Of a stretch of 64,000 bases of DNA, positions 48,226 to 56,908 are shown piece after piece. The position numbers were made by a program, and so were the translations under genes. The stretch comes from Gemmatimonadaceae bacterium (lineage in GTDB: Bacteria > Gemmatimonadota > Gemmatimonadetes > Gemmatimonadales > Gemmatimonadaceae). A model generated the notes under the pieces. That model saw nothing but the letters and a program-made list of their open reading frames with translations. It made no database searches and was not told where the DNA came from. Numbering within the stretch: position 1 is the stretch's first letter; each line of letters opens with the position of its first letter. The DNA is taken from contig JBDSDB010000203.1 in assembly GCA_039920785.1 (NCBI GenBank), positions 1,042 to 65,041 on the forward strand, given 5' to 3'.

Positions 48226-48834
48226 TCACGGGGACCAACAAATCTTCTCGTGCCATTCCGCAGCGCCGCTTTGCTGCAGGCGCATGAACAAGAACACGAT
48301 GTACGCGGTCATCGCGGCGCCCGCGGCGAATACGTTGGCGCGATGATACCACTCGCGGCGCGTGACCGCCGCAATGACCGCCGACATAATCATCACCACA
48401 TGGAATGCGAGGTTCGCGCTGGCGGGCAGGTGCCCGCCCAGTACGAGGTCCGTGGCGAGGCTGGCAACCAGCGTGAGCACGAGCGAGCCGAAGCACCAGC
48501 GCACATGATGGTAATAGTGCGCGTGCAAATCGACCGGCTGGTCGCACGCGAGAGCGGGAAGAACGAACGCCGCCTGCATGTAGATGGCGATGACTTGGAG
48601 CAGCTCCACGGCGAAGGAGAGGAAAGTCCATTCGCGCACGTTGCGGAGTCCGTAGATCGCCCACCAGGACTGCACGCAGATGAGCAGCACCATCGCCGCC
48701 AACGCGATGGGAAGCCAGTACACTCAGACGCGCGATCGCTCCAGCACGATGCCGCGCGGCCCCTGCAGCAACTGCGTGATTGAGAGACCGATGATGATCG
48801 AGATCAGGACGGAAAGATGGCCGAACGCCTCCAT
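48226..48834 (-). pseudogene. membrane protein gene interrupted by one in-frame TGA (48724-48726). It could instead be a 36-aa ORF followed by a 165-aa ORF starting at GTG 48723.
   Basis: Same reading frame on both sides of the stop: MEAFGHLSVLISIIIGLSITQLLQGPRGIVLERSRV * VYWLPIALAAMVLL... Both parts look like TM helices with GC3-rich codons. Confidence 0.45.
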
Positions 48835-48859
48835 GAGATCTCGTCGCGTCGAAGCGATG

Positions 48860-49741
48860 CTAGAAGATTCGGGCGTCCTGCGCGGCGACGAGCAGCGCAA
48901 CAGCCATCTCGTTGAGCGGCGTGGGGATGCCGTGCTTCCTGCCGAAGCGCACGACCGCGCCATTGCGCGCATCGATCTCCATTGGACGCCCGGCCATGCG
49001 GTCGGCAATCAGCGAGTTGAGTCCATCAGCCGGCGCGTTGCGCGCTCCCTCGACCACCGCCTCGACGATGCCGTCGTCGAGCTTGGCCCCCTCGGCGCGG
49101 CCGACGGCGACGCACTCGCGAACAATTCCCCGCGTCAGCTCGGAGATTGGATCGACCTGTATCACGCCGGTGGGCTTCATGAGGATCGCCGAGATGGCGC
49201 CGGGCGCATTGATGCACAGCTTAGCCCACGCGCGCGTGGTGAAATCATCGGTCCGCACGGCGAAGTTCGTCTTCGCGAACAGCGGGACGAACGCTCGTCC
49301 CTGCTCGGAATCCGGAACGATGATCCACGATTCGCCGCGCTGGCGCATGCGGCCTGGCGCGGTGCGCTCCGCCGGGCAGTCGATCACCGCGGGCACGAGA
49401 TGCTCGGCGCGTACGTACGGCGTGAAACGCTCGACGTGCTCCACGCCATTCTGGAGCACCACTACCGGAGTGTCGGCTCGCCGAAGCGCCGGAAGCCATC
49501 GGGCTGCGCCCGCGGCGTCGTACGCCTTCGTCGTGATGAGCACCCAGTCCACCGGCCTCGCATCTGATACGTCAGTCAATATCGTCGGCGCGCATGTGAT
49601 CTTGCCCGATGGCGTCTCCACCTCGAGGTGATCGAAGGCGGCGCGCGCACAGACGGTGATGGTATTGTCGGGGTCCTGGCCCAGCCAGGCCGCGAGAATT
49701 CCGCCGATGGCCCCGGGTCCGATGATGGCAATTGTCGTCAT
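48860..49741 (-). CDS. panE: 2-dehydropantoate 2-reductase
   Basis: IAIIGPGAIGG Rossmann start and ApbA/PanE N- and C-domain layout. Confidence 0.85.
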   Translation of the reverse strand: MTTIAIIGPGAIGGILAAWLGQDPDNTITVCARAAFDHLEVETPSGKITCAPTILTDVSDARPVDWVLITTKAYDAAGAARWLPALRRADTPVVVLQNGVEHVERFTPYVRAEHLVPAVIDCPAERTAPGRMRQRGESWIIVPDSEQGRAFVPLFAKTNFAVRTDDFTTRAWAKLCINAPGAISAILMKPTGVIQVDPISELTRGIVRECVAVGRAEGAKLDDGIVEAVVEGARNAPADGLNSLIADRMAGRPMEIDARNGAVVRFGRKHGIPTPLNEMAVALLVAAQDARIF

Positions 49742-49789
49742 GACCGAACGTAGTTCGATCGCGCAGACGAGACAATCATTTCGGCGTCG

Positions 49790-51385
49790 TCATGCGGACG
49801 ACGTGAGTGGCGCGACGCGGATCGCGGACGTCGCTTCCTCCCCCCGCGGACGATAGCCCAGCGCCTCGGAGACGTGTGCCGAGGTGATGCTGGGCTCCTC
49901 GTCGAGGTCCGCGATGGTCCGCGCCACCCGAAGCACACGGTGGAATGCGCGCGCGGAGAGGTGCAGCTGTTCGCCGGCGTACGTGAGTGTGCGCCGCGCA
50001 TCGGCTTCCAGCTTACCGTGTACTTCGAGCCACCGCCCAGGCGCGCGGGCGTTGCATTCTTTCACATTGCCGTACCGCTCACGCTGCCGGGTTCTGGCCA
50101 GCTCGACGCGCGCGCGGATGCTCGGTGAGCGCTCCGCGTCGTCGCGCGCCGACAACTTCGCGAGCGCCACCGGCGGCACGCTCACGTGCAGATCGATGCG
50201 GTCGGCCAACGGACCAGAGAGCCGCGCCCGGTAGCGCAGCACGTCCGCCGCCGCGCAGACACAAGGGTGCGAGGGATCCCCCGCGTGACCGCACGGACAG
50301 GGATTCATCGCGGCGACCAGAGCAAAGCGCGCCGGAAATCGCAACGATGCCGAAGCGCGCGCGATTGTGACGGTGCCGTCTTCCATGGGCTGGCGAAGCG
50401 CTTCCAGCACGGAGCGCGGGAACTCCAGCAGTTCGTCGAGGAACAGCACCCCGTGATGGGCGAGACTCGCCTCCCCGGGCCGCGGGATGGAGCCGCCGCC
50501 GACGAGACCGGCGGTCGACACGGAGTGATGCGGGGCGCGGAACGGGCGACGCGCCACGGCCCCGAGCGTAGGGTCGAGCATTCCCGCGACGCTGTGAACA
50601 GCCGTGACCTCCAGGGCTTCGGCGCTGGTCAGCGCGGGAAGGATCGTCGGAAGCCTGCGCGCCAGCATCGTTTTGCCCGAGCCGGGCGGCCCGATGAGCA
50701 ACGCGCCATGTCCACCCGCCGCGGCAATCGTGAGCGCGCGCTTGGCCCCCTCCTGTCCGGCGACATCCGCGAAGTCGCTGGAGTCGTCGGGCACGGAGGC
50801 GACGACTCGGCGAATGGGTTCTGGCAGCACGCCTCCTCGCAGCCAGGCCACCAGCTCGCCGAGGCTGCTCGGAGCGCACAGCGCGAGCCCATGCACCAGC
50901 GATGCTTCCGTTACGTTCGCGTTCGGAAGCACCAACGTGGCTCGCGAGCTGCCGGCTCGCGACGCCGTCATGCGGGCGATGGACAGCGCGCCTCGCACGG
51001 GACGCAGCGATCCGTCGAGGCCGAGCTCGCCGACGAAGGTGTGCCGCTTCACTTCCTCCGCGTCGAGCACTCCGCTGCCGACCAGTACGCCGAGAGCGAT
51101 GGGCAGATCAAAGGCGGTTCCTTCTTTCCGGATGTCGGCTGGCGCGAGATTCGTCGTGATGCGTCGTGGAGGAACCACGAACCCCGAGTTGAGCAGAGCG
51201 GCGCTCACGCGCTCACGACTCTCCTTCACCGCGCTCGCCGGCAACCCAACGGTGATCCATTGCGGTAGTCCAAGTGCGACGTCGACCTCGACGATGACGT
51301 CGTACGCGTCGATGCCGAGCACTGCGGCGGAGCGGATGGCGGCGAGCATGAGGAAGAATCGCGCGCGTCGCTGCTCTGCCATCAT
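49790..51385 (-). CDS. comM: YifB/ComM family Mg-chelatase-like AAA+ ATPase
   Basis: ATG-ATG at 51385 has GGAG upstream. AAVLGIDAYDV N-terminus, LIGPPGSGKTMLA Walker A, FLDELLEF Walker B. A C-terminal CPCG zinc motif is present. Confidence 0.9.
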   Translation of the reverse strand: MMAEQRRARFFLMLAAIRSAAVLGIDAYDVIVEVDVALGLPQWITVGLPASAVKESRERVSAALLNSGFVVPPRRITTNLAPADIRKEGTAFDLPIALGVLVGSGVLDAEEVKRHTFVGELGLDGSLRPVRGALSIARMTASRAGSSRATLVLPNANVTEASLVHGLALCAPSSLGELVAWLRGGVLPEPIRRVVASVPDDSSDFADVAGQEGAKRALTIAAAGGHGALLIGPPGSGKTMLARRLPTILPALTSAEALEVTAVHSVAGMLDPTLGAVARRPFRAPHHSVSTAGLVGGGSIPRPGEASLAHHGVLFLDELLEFPRSVLEALRQPMEDGTVTIARASASLRFPARFALVAAMNPCPCGHAGDPSHPCVCAAADVLRYRARLSGPLADRIDLHVSVPPVALAKLSARDDAERSPSIRARVELARTRQRERYGNVKECNARAPGRWLEVHGKLEADARRTLTYAGEQLHLSARAFHRVLRVARTIADLDEEPSITSAHVSEALGYRPRGEEATSAIRVAPLTSSA

Positions 51386-51504
51386 CACTCCGGCGCGCGT
51401 GTCGTCGACTGCACGCGCGGCACGGAGCGGTGGCGGAATTGAGGAAACGCCCCGGCTCAGGGTGCCGGGGCGTTGCTCGTCACGTAGCTCTCGATGCCAC
51501 GTCT

Positions 51505-52047
51505 CTAGTACTTCAGCTTCTCGAGCTTGTCGTGCGCCGCGTCCATATGTGCCTTGAACGCCGGTGCGACCTTCGTCACCAGATCCTTCGCTTCCTGGTT
51601 CTGCAGCGCCGGCAGCAGCGAGGTGGTCACGGCCTCGATCACCGCCTTGTGGTACGCGACCTCGTGCTCGAGGAAGGCTCGGTCGAACGTCGCACCGCGC
51701 TTCGCGCGAAGTGAGCGGAGTGCAGCGGCGTGCTGGGTCGCCATGTCGAAGCTTTTCGGCGGAGTCGGGTGCACACCGAGCTTCTTCGCGAGATCGCGTC
51801 CCTGCTGCCGCACCGCTCGATGATCCCGAACGAGCATCGCCCCGAACTGACGGATGTCGGCGGTCGTCCCCTTCTTCGCGCCGATCGCACCGGTCTCCAT
51901 GTCCCAGCTGTTGGCCGCATCGAATATCGCAATGATCGTGGGGTCGTCGAGCTTGGCGGTCTGTGCCCGCGCACTCGACGCAGCGGCGAGAAATGAGCTC
52001 AGCACGATGACGGCAACGTACGGCGTGCGGAAGGATGGGTTCTGCAT
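51505..52047 (-). CDS. DUF4142 domain-containing periplasmic protein
   Basis: Signal peptide. Repeated helical units (FGAMLVRDH..., FLEHEVAYH) typical of DUF4142. Confidence 0.8.
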   Translation of the reverse strand: MQNPSFRTPYVAVIVLSSFLAAASSARAQTAKLDDPTIIAIFDAANSWDMETGAIGAKKGTTADIRQFGAMLVRDHRAVRQQGRDLAKKLGVHPTPPKSFDMATQHAAALRSLRAKRGATFDRAFLEHEVAYHKAVIEAVTTSLLPALQNQEAKDLVTKVAPAFKAHMDAAHDKLEKLKY

Positions 52048-52126
52048 GTCGTTCTCTCAGAGGGTTGGCTGGCGCGTGTTCGCCGGATTGGACAAATCGT
52101 CGCGGAGGGAGGATGGCGTCGGTGTG

Positions 52127-52158
52127 ATAATAAGTCAAGTTTTTACTTGACTTATTAT
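52127..52158. promoter_or_regulatory. 14-bp perfect inverted repeat (candidate operator) in the divergent DUF4142 / ArsR-like promoter
   Basis: ATAATAAGTCAAGT-tttt-ACTTGACTTATTAT. The right arm contains TTGACT (52147-52152), 15 nt upstream of TATCTT (52168-52173). It sits in an AT-rich island within GC-rich DNA. Confidence 0.5.
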
Positions 52159-52198
52159 TCTTGATGCTATCTTTCTCCCTCTTCAGAGAGGAGGCTGC

Positions 52199-52831
52199 AT
52201 GCGCTGGTGGGAACGACAGATTGGCGGGCCGACTCGCGGGCGAATCATCGCGCTGCTTCGCCGCGGGCGAACGACGGTGGAGGAGATTGCCGCAGCGTTG
52301 CGGGTCACCGACAACGCCGTGCGTCCTCAGCTGCAGATGCTCGAGCGCGAGGGCATTGTGCGCGCGATGGGTACTCGGTCGGGCATCGGCGCCGGCAAAC
52401 CAGCCACGACGTATGAGATCGTGCCCGCGGCCGAATCTGCGCTCTCGAGTGCGTACGCTCCGGTACTCACAGCGCTACTCAGCGCGCTCGCCGATCGAAT
52501 GCCCCCGGAGGAGCTCGACGAGCTGCTTCGCGACGCCGGACGACGGGTCGGCCCCGATGCATCGGAGGGCCGTTCGCTCGACACACGAGTGCGTTCGGCG
52601 GCCGCGCTGCTCTGCTCACTCGGTGGAGAGCTCGACGTGGAACGCACACCCACTGGCTATTTGCTTCGCGGCTTCGCCTGCCCCCTGTCGGCCGCGGTGC
52701 GCACGCTGCCGAACGCGTGCCACGCCGTGGAGGAGCTCGTGGCCTCGGTAGTCGGGATGCCCGTTCGCGAGTGCTGCGATCGCACCCGGACGCCGCGCTG
52801 CCGGTTCGAAGTGATCTCCAACGCATCGTGA
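52199..52831 (+). CDS. ArsR-family winged-helix transcriptional regulator with C-terminal extension
   Basis: RGRIIALLRRGRTTVEEIAAALRVTDNAVRPQLQMLEREGIV is a classic ArsR/SmtB wHTH. GAGGAGG Shine-Dalgarno upstream. Confidence 0.8.
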   Translation: MRWWERQIGGPTRGRIIALLRRGRTTVEEIAAALRVTDNAVRPQLQMLEREGIVRAMGTRSGIGAGKPATTYEIVPAAESALSSAYAPVLTALLSALADRMPPEELDELLRDAGRRVGPDASEGRSLDTRVRSAAALLCSLGGELDVERTPTGYLLRGFACPLSAAVRTLPNACHAVEELVASVVGMPVRECCDRTRTPRCRFEVISNAS

Positions 52832-52852
52832 TCGAGTCGGGCCGTACCGCGC

Positions 52853-53407
52853 TCAGCCTTCGAGCGGCCGCCTCATTCGAACGAGCGGCATGCGTATGCC
52901 GTCGGGCAGCGTCAACTCGACACGCTCTTCCTCTCGGAAGCCCAGGGCGCGATAGAGCGGCTCTCCGGGCAGCGTGGCCATCAGCTCCAGCGATCGGAAT
53001 CCCGACGCCTTCGCGGCGCTGGCGCAGGAGTCGAACAGCATGCGGGCTAGGCCCCGCCGCGTCCATCCCGGATCCACGAAGAACGCGCGAATGCGCGCTG
53101 GATCGACGGCGGGATCCAGCCGCGGCTCGTCGATGTCCTTGAAGTGATCACCGCCGAAAAGCGTGCCCCACGCGCTCCATCCACCCGCGGCAACGATCGA
53201 CCGCTCGCGCTCCACCACATGGTAGCTCCCGCTATCGACCAGCCGCGTGTCGACGCCAAACATGAATCGGAGTGCGCTGTCGATCTGCTCTCTCGAGTAG
53301 TACCCAACACTCAGCGCGCGGACCGAATGCTCGATCAGGCGCTCCAGCGAGGGAAGATCGCCACGACGCGCCGCGCGGAGGGAAAAGCCGTCGGTCGCTG
53401 ACATCAT
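52853..53407 (-). CDS. GNAT family N-acetyltransferase
   Basis: ATG-ATG at 53407. RIRAFFVDPGWTRRGLARML is the acetyl-CoA binding motif (Q/RxxGxG/A). Confidence 0.85.
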   Translation of the reverse strand: MMSATDGFSLRAARRGDLPSLERLIEHSVRALSVGYYSREQIDSALRFMFGVDTRLVDSGSYHVVERERSIVAAGGWSAWGTLFGGDHFKDIDEPRLDPAVDPARIRAFFVDPGWTRRGLARMLFDSCASAAKASGFRSLELMATLPGEPLYRALGFREEERVELTLPDGIRMPLVRMRRPLEG

Positions 53408-53435
53408 CCAAGCTGGCTGTCCATCTTCGACTTGG

Positions 53436-54524
53436 CTACAGGCAAAGCGCCAGTTGCTCGGGCTTCGCACCGGGCGCTTCCGCCGCGTTGCTCGACGCAT
53501 CCACGGACGGCGACTCCTCCTCATCCTCCTCGGTCTTGTAGTACCGGTCGAACACGACGCCGTGTCTCGTGCAGAGTTGGCGGAAGTGAGTGCGGAGCCC
53601 CTCCTTGTATCGATCTCCCACGTGGTGACCTCGCGCGTAGGTGGAGCGATACCGCGCCGCGAGATGAGGAAACTCCGCCTCGATGAATGGCAGATACCGC
53701 TTCCTCGCCGTGGCCTGGAGGCGCAGTGCACATGCGCCGAGATAGGAGGCGTCGGTCGCGGCGACGGCGCGAACGAGGGCGTCGAGCAGCTGCGGCGCGT
53801 CGGTGATGCCGGGCAGAACGGGCATGACGTTCACGCCGACCTCGATGCCGTACGCACGCAGGCGCGTGATCGCACGAAGCCGGGCCTCCGGCGTCGGCGC
53901 TCGAGGCTCGAGGCGACGCGCGAGCTCGCGATCGACGGTGATGAGCGACACGTGGACGGACAGGCGTGAGCGCGTCGCGATGCGCAGCAGCAGATCCACG
54001 TCGCGCGTGACGAGCGGACTCTTGGTGATGATCGTAACCCGGAGTCCGGACTGCTCGGCCAGGGCCTCCAATATGCCGCGAGTGATGCGGAACCGACGCT
54101 CGGCCGGCTGATAGGGATCCGTTGCCGTTCCGATCACCACGCCCGCGCGACGCAATCCATTCAGTCGAGCGGGCCGGCGCAGCTCGCGGCGCACGACTTC
54201 ACCGGCCTCTCGCTTGACGAAGATCGTGCGCTCGAAGGCGAGCCACGGGGGAAGTGCGGCCAGCGTCTCCTTGACGCCCGCCCCTTCTGGCACCGAGGCA
54301 GCCAGGCGCTCGGTGGTGTATCGATGGGCGTAGCGCGCGTAGCAGTACGCGCAGCCAAAGGCGCACCCGACGTATGGATTGATCGACCAGAACCCCATGC
54401 CCGTGGTCGCTGGACCATTGAGGACGCTTCGCGGGTCGGTGCCGAAATAACGAATGTCCTTCTGCTCACCGAGCAGAGGGGGCAACCCGCGTGTCGGGTC
54501 TTTTTCGAACATCGAGTGCTGCAT
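53436..54524 (-). CDS. radical SAM protein (PA0069/Rv2578c, SplB-like family)
   Basis: INPYVGCAFGCAYCYARY CxxxCxxC motif near the N-terminus. The size and layout fit the SPL-like family. Confidence 0.85.
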   Translation of the reverse strand: MQHSMFEKDPTRGLPPLLGEQKDIRYFGTDPRSVLNGPATTGMGFWSINPYVGCAFGCAYCYARYAHRYTTERLAASVPEGAGVKETLAALPPWLAFERTIFVKREAGEVVRRELRRPARLNGLRRAGVVIGTATDPYQPAERRFRITRGILEALAEQSGLRVTIITKSPLVTRDVDLLLRIATRSRLSVHVSLITVDRELARRLEPRAPTPEARLRAITRLRAYGIEVGVNVMPVLPGITDAPQLLDALVRAVAATDASYLGACALRLQATARKRYLPFIEAEFPHLAARYRSTYARGHHVGDRYKEGLRTHFRQLCTRHGVVFDRYYKTEEDEEESPSVDASSNAAEAPGAKPEQLALCL

Positions 54525-54679
54525 CGGTATCTCGCCCGGGGAGAGGACACCCCTCACGAGGGGATGATACCGAATAAACACCGAAAATGCAACGGGCCGC
54601 CGTCTGCGCCCATGGCATGCGCTGTGGAGTAGTAGGGCAGGCTCCGACCGCCAAGCGCCGGACTATACCGAGGCAATTT

Positions 54680-56398
54680 ATGAGCAGCCCCAGAGTGCAC
54701 TCCGTTCGTCTCGCGATGGCGATTGCGACCGCCGTATCGCTCGTAGCTTGCGGAGCGCAGGATTCGCAGGGACCCGAGCCCACACCCGGCGTGGTGACTC
54801 TGCTGTCGGGGCAGAGCGCCGCGATCGAGGGAGCGACGACGCTCCGAATTGTGGGAGGCTCGCAGGGGACGGAGAACCTCATCGTCATCACTGATACGGC
54901 GACGACCGGTGTCTCGGCCAAGGCGACGTATTCCGTCACGGCGACGAACGTCAGCGCGCCGGGTTCCGTCTCGGCGCCCGCAACGACACGGTTGCCGGAC
55001 GCGACGCGCGCCGCGACGGCGCTCGCGGCCGGACCCGAGCTCGACATGAGTTTCGGCATGCGCCTCAATTCGCGAAGCCGATCCCGACTCGCGAACGGAT
55101 TCCAGACGGCGCGCTCGGCGTATGCGTCGCGAGGCCTGACGCCGGCCGGCCGGTCGCGCAGCGTGGGCTCCGCACCTCTGCAGGTCGGTGATCTCGTCCA
55201 GCTGAACGTCGGCTCCAGCGCGTGCGATAGTATCGTCTCCCGCACGGCGCGCGTCGTGGCGATCGGAACTCGGTCCATCGTGCTTTCCGACACACTCAAT
55301 CCGTCGGGGGGATTCGCCACCGTGGATTACCAGCGGTTCGCCGCGCGTTTCGACACGCTTGTCTATCCGCTGGACGTCGCGAACTTTGGCGAGCCGGCCG
55401 ACATCGATCAGAACAGCAAGATCGAGCTGCTGTTCACGACGGCCGTCAACGAGTTGACACCGCGCAACTCGACCTCGTACGTCGGCGGCTTCTTCTTCGA
55501 CCGTGATCTTTTCCCGATCAGCGCCACGCCCGACTTTCAGGGCTGTAAGGGAAGTAACGTGGGAGAGATCTTCTACCTCCTCGCGCCCGACCCGACGGGA
55601 CTCGTCAATGGCAACATCCGTCGAACCGGTTTCGTCGACAGCGTCACGACATCGATCCTAGCGCACGAGTTTCAACATTTGATCAATGCCTCGCGCCGGC
55701 TGTACGTCTCGAAGGGCGCGGAGAATTTCGAGGTCACCTGGCTCAACGAGGGACTGAGTCACATCGCCGAAGAGCTACTCTTCTTCCACGAGGCCCGCAT
55801 CTCTCCGCGGCGCAATGTGGACTCGACGCTCCTCCGCAGCGACGCCAGGATCAGGTCCGCGTACAACGCCGACATGTCGTCGAACGTCTCCCGATATCGT
55901 CTCTTCCTCGCGGCACCATCCGAGAACTCCCCGCTTCGCAGCGACGACAGCCTGGCGACTCGCGGTGCGACGTGGAATTTTCTCCGCTACGCAGCCGACA
56001 GGAAGGCGGGGAGCGGTGGCTCCGACGTGCCCACGTGGCAGGCTCTCGCAAACTCTACCAGCACGGGCGTCACGAACCTGCGCAACGTGTTCGGCGCGAA
56101 CATAGGTGGGCTGCTACGCGACTGGTCCATCTCGCAATACACGGACGATCTCGTCACCGGTGCGGCCAGCGAGTACACGCAGCCCAGCTGGAACTTCCAC
56201 AGCGTCTTCCCGGCGCTGACGGGAGCGGGCAACACATATCCGCTCAGGACGAGTGCGCTCGTTGGGGGATCCGCGTCGGGAACGCTGATCGGAGGAGGAT
56301 CTGCGTTCTACCGGTTCGCCATTCCCGCGAACGCGACTGCTTCGATCAGCGTGACTGGAGCCACCGTGATCCAGGCAACTGTCGTCAGAGTACGCTGA
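54680..56398 (+). CDS. putative zinc metalloprotease lipoprotein (HEFQH motif, hyicolysin/M30-like)
   Basis: Lipoprotein signal (AVSLVACG). ILAHEFQHLINAS ... WLNEGLSH is a gluzincin-type HExxH+E arrangement. The family name is tentative. Confidence 0.6.
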   Translation: MSSPRVHSVRLAMAIATAVSLVACGAQDSQGPEPTPGVVTLLSGQSAAIEGATTLRIVGGSQGTENLIVITDTATTGVSAKATYSVTATNVSAPGSVSAPATTRLPDATRAATALAAGPELDMSFGMRLNSRSRSRLANGFQTARSAYASRGLTPAGRSRSVGSAPLQVGDLVQLNVGSSACDSIVSRTARVVAIGTRSIVLSDTLNPSGGFATVDYQRFAARFDTLVYPLDVANFGEPADIDQNSKIELLFTTAVNELTPRNSTSYVGGFFFDRDLFPISATPDFQGCKGSNVGEIFYLLAPDPTGLVNGNIRRTGFVDSVTTSILAHEFQHLINASRRLYVSKGAENFEVTWLNEGLSHIAEELLFFHEARISPRRNVDSTLLRSDARIRSAYNADMSSNVSRYRLFLAAPSENSPLRSDDSLATRGATWNFLRYAADRKAGSGGSDVPTWQALANSTSTGVTNLRNVFGANIGGLLRDWSISQYTDDLVTGAASEYTQPSWNFHSVFPALTGAGNTYPLRTSALVGGSASGTLIGGGSAFYRFAIPANATASISVTGATVIQATVVRVR

Positions 56399-56455
56399 CT
56401 GACCGCTCCGAGGGCCGCGGCGCGGGCGGACGCTCTCGTGATGAAACGGCGACGC

Positions 56456-56698
56456 TCAGTAGCCGAGGTACAGATACTTCGAGTGTCGGTCTTGCGGAGC
56501 GCGCAGCAGCCAACCATCGGTCATGCTGCGGTGCTGGAACGACAACGGATTGTAGAGGCTCAGCATGCTCCGATTGCTCGAGGCATTCTCGGGCTGCAGC
56601 GGGGCCACGCGCACGTTGGCGAGTGCGGTGCACGCGGGCAGGCTTGCCGCCACGCAGAGTGTCACGATGAGTCGGCCGACGATCCTCGAGTAGGTCAT
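56456..56698 (-). CDS. small hypothetical lipoprotein (80 aa)
   Basis: Lipobox (AASLPAC), GGAG upstream and a C-terminal YLGY. No homolog recognised. Confidence 0.4.
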   Translation of the reverse strand: MTYSRIVGRLIVTLCVAASLPACTALANVRVAPLQPENASSNRSMLSLYNPLSFQHRSMTDGWLLRAPQDRHSKYLYLGY

Positions 56699-56908
56699 GC
56701 GCCTTCGCTCCGGAAGTAGGGAGGGGTTTGCGTGCTCTCGGCACGGACCTGCACGACGTGGGCCGCGTCACCTCGCCAGAGCGTCGAAACCCACGACGCG
56801 GATGGCTCGTCGAGGTGGGTACATTGCGCCTCTCGCAAGGACTGACGCCAGGCTCGCGGTCCGGGACCGCGTGCATTCCCCGCGTCCTGCTCTCCCCGAC
56901 CGCACCCA

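Noticed and set aside
48690-48726. In-frame TGA plus downstream hairpin read as a selenocysteine codon with a SECIS element.
   Set aside because: The residue would sit in a loop of a membrane protein with no CxxU or redox context. The hairpin is short and generic. No sel genes are visible in the window. I kept it only as the least likely option in the finding.
51386-52138. 250-aa N-terminal extension of the comM ORF (track ORF 49790-52138). Analogous upstream extensions occur on ctp, rimO, yajQ, thpR, the GNAT gene, the LysM peptidase and ylbF.
   Set aside because: The extensions are low-complexity Arg-rich sequence that overlaps neighbouring genes. In each case an internal ATG or GTG coincides with the conserved protein N-terminus or a signal peptide, often with a Shine-Dalgarno or a 4-nt overlap.
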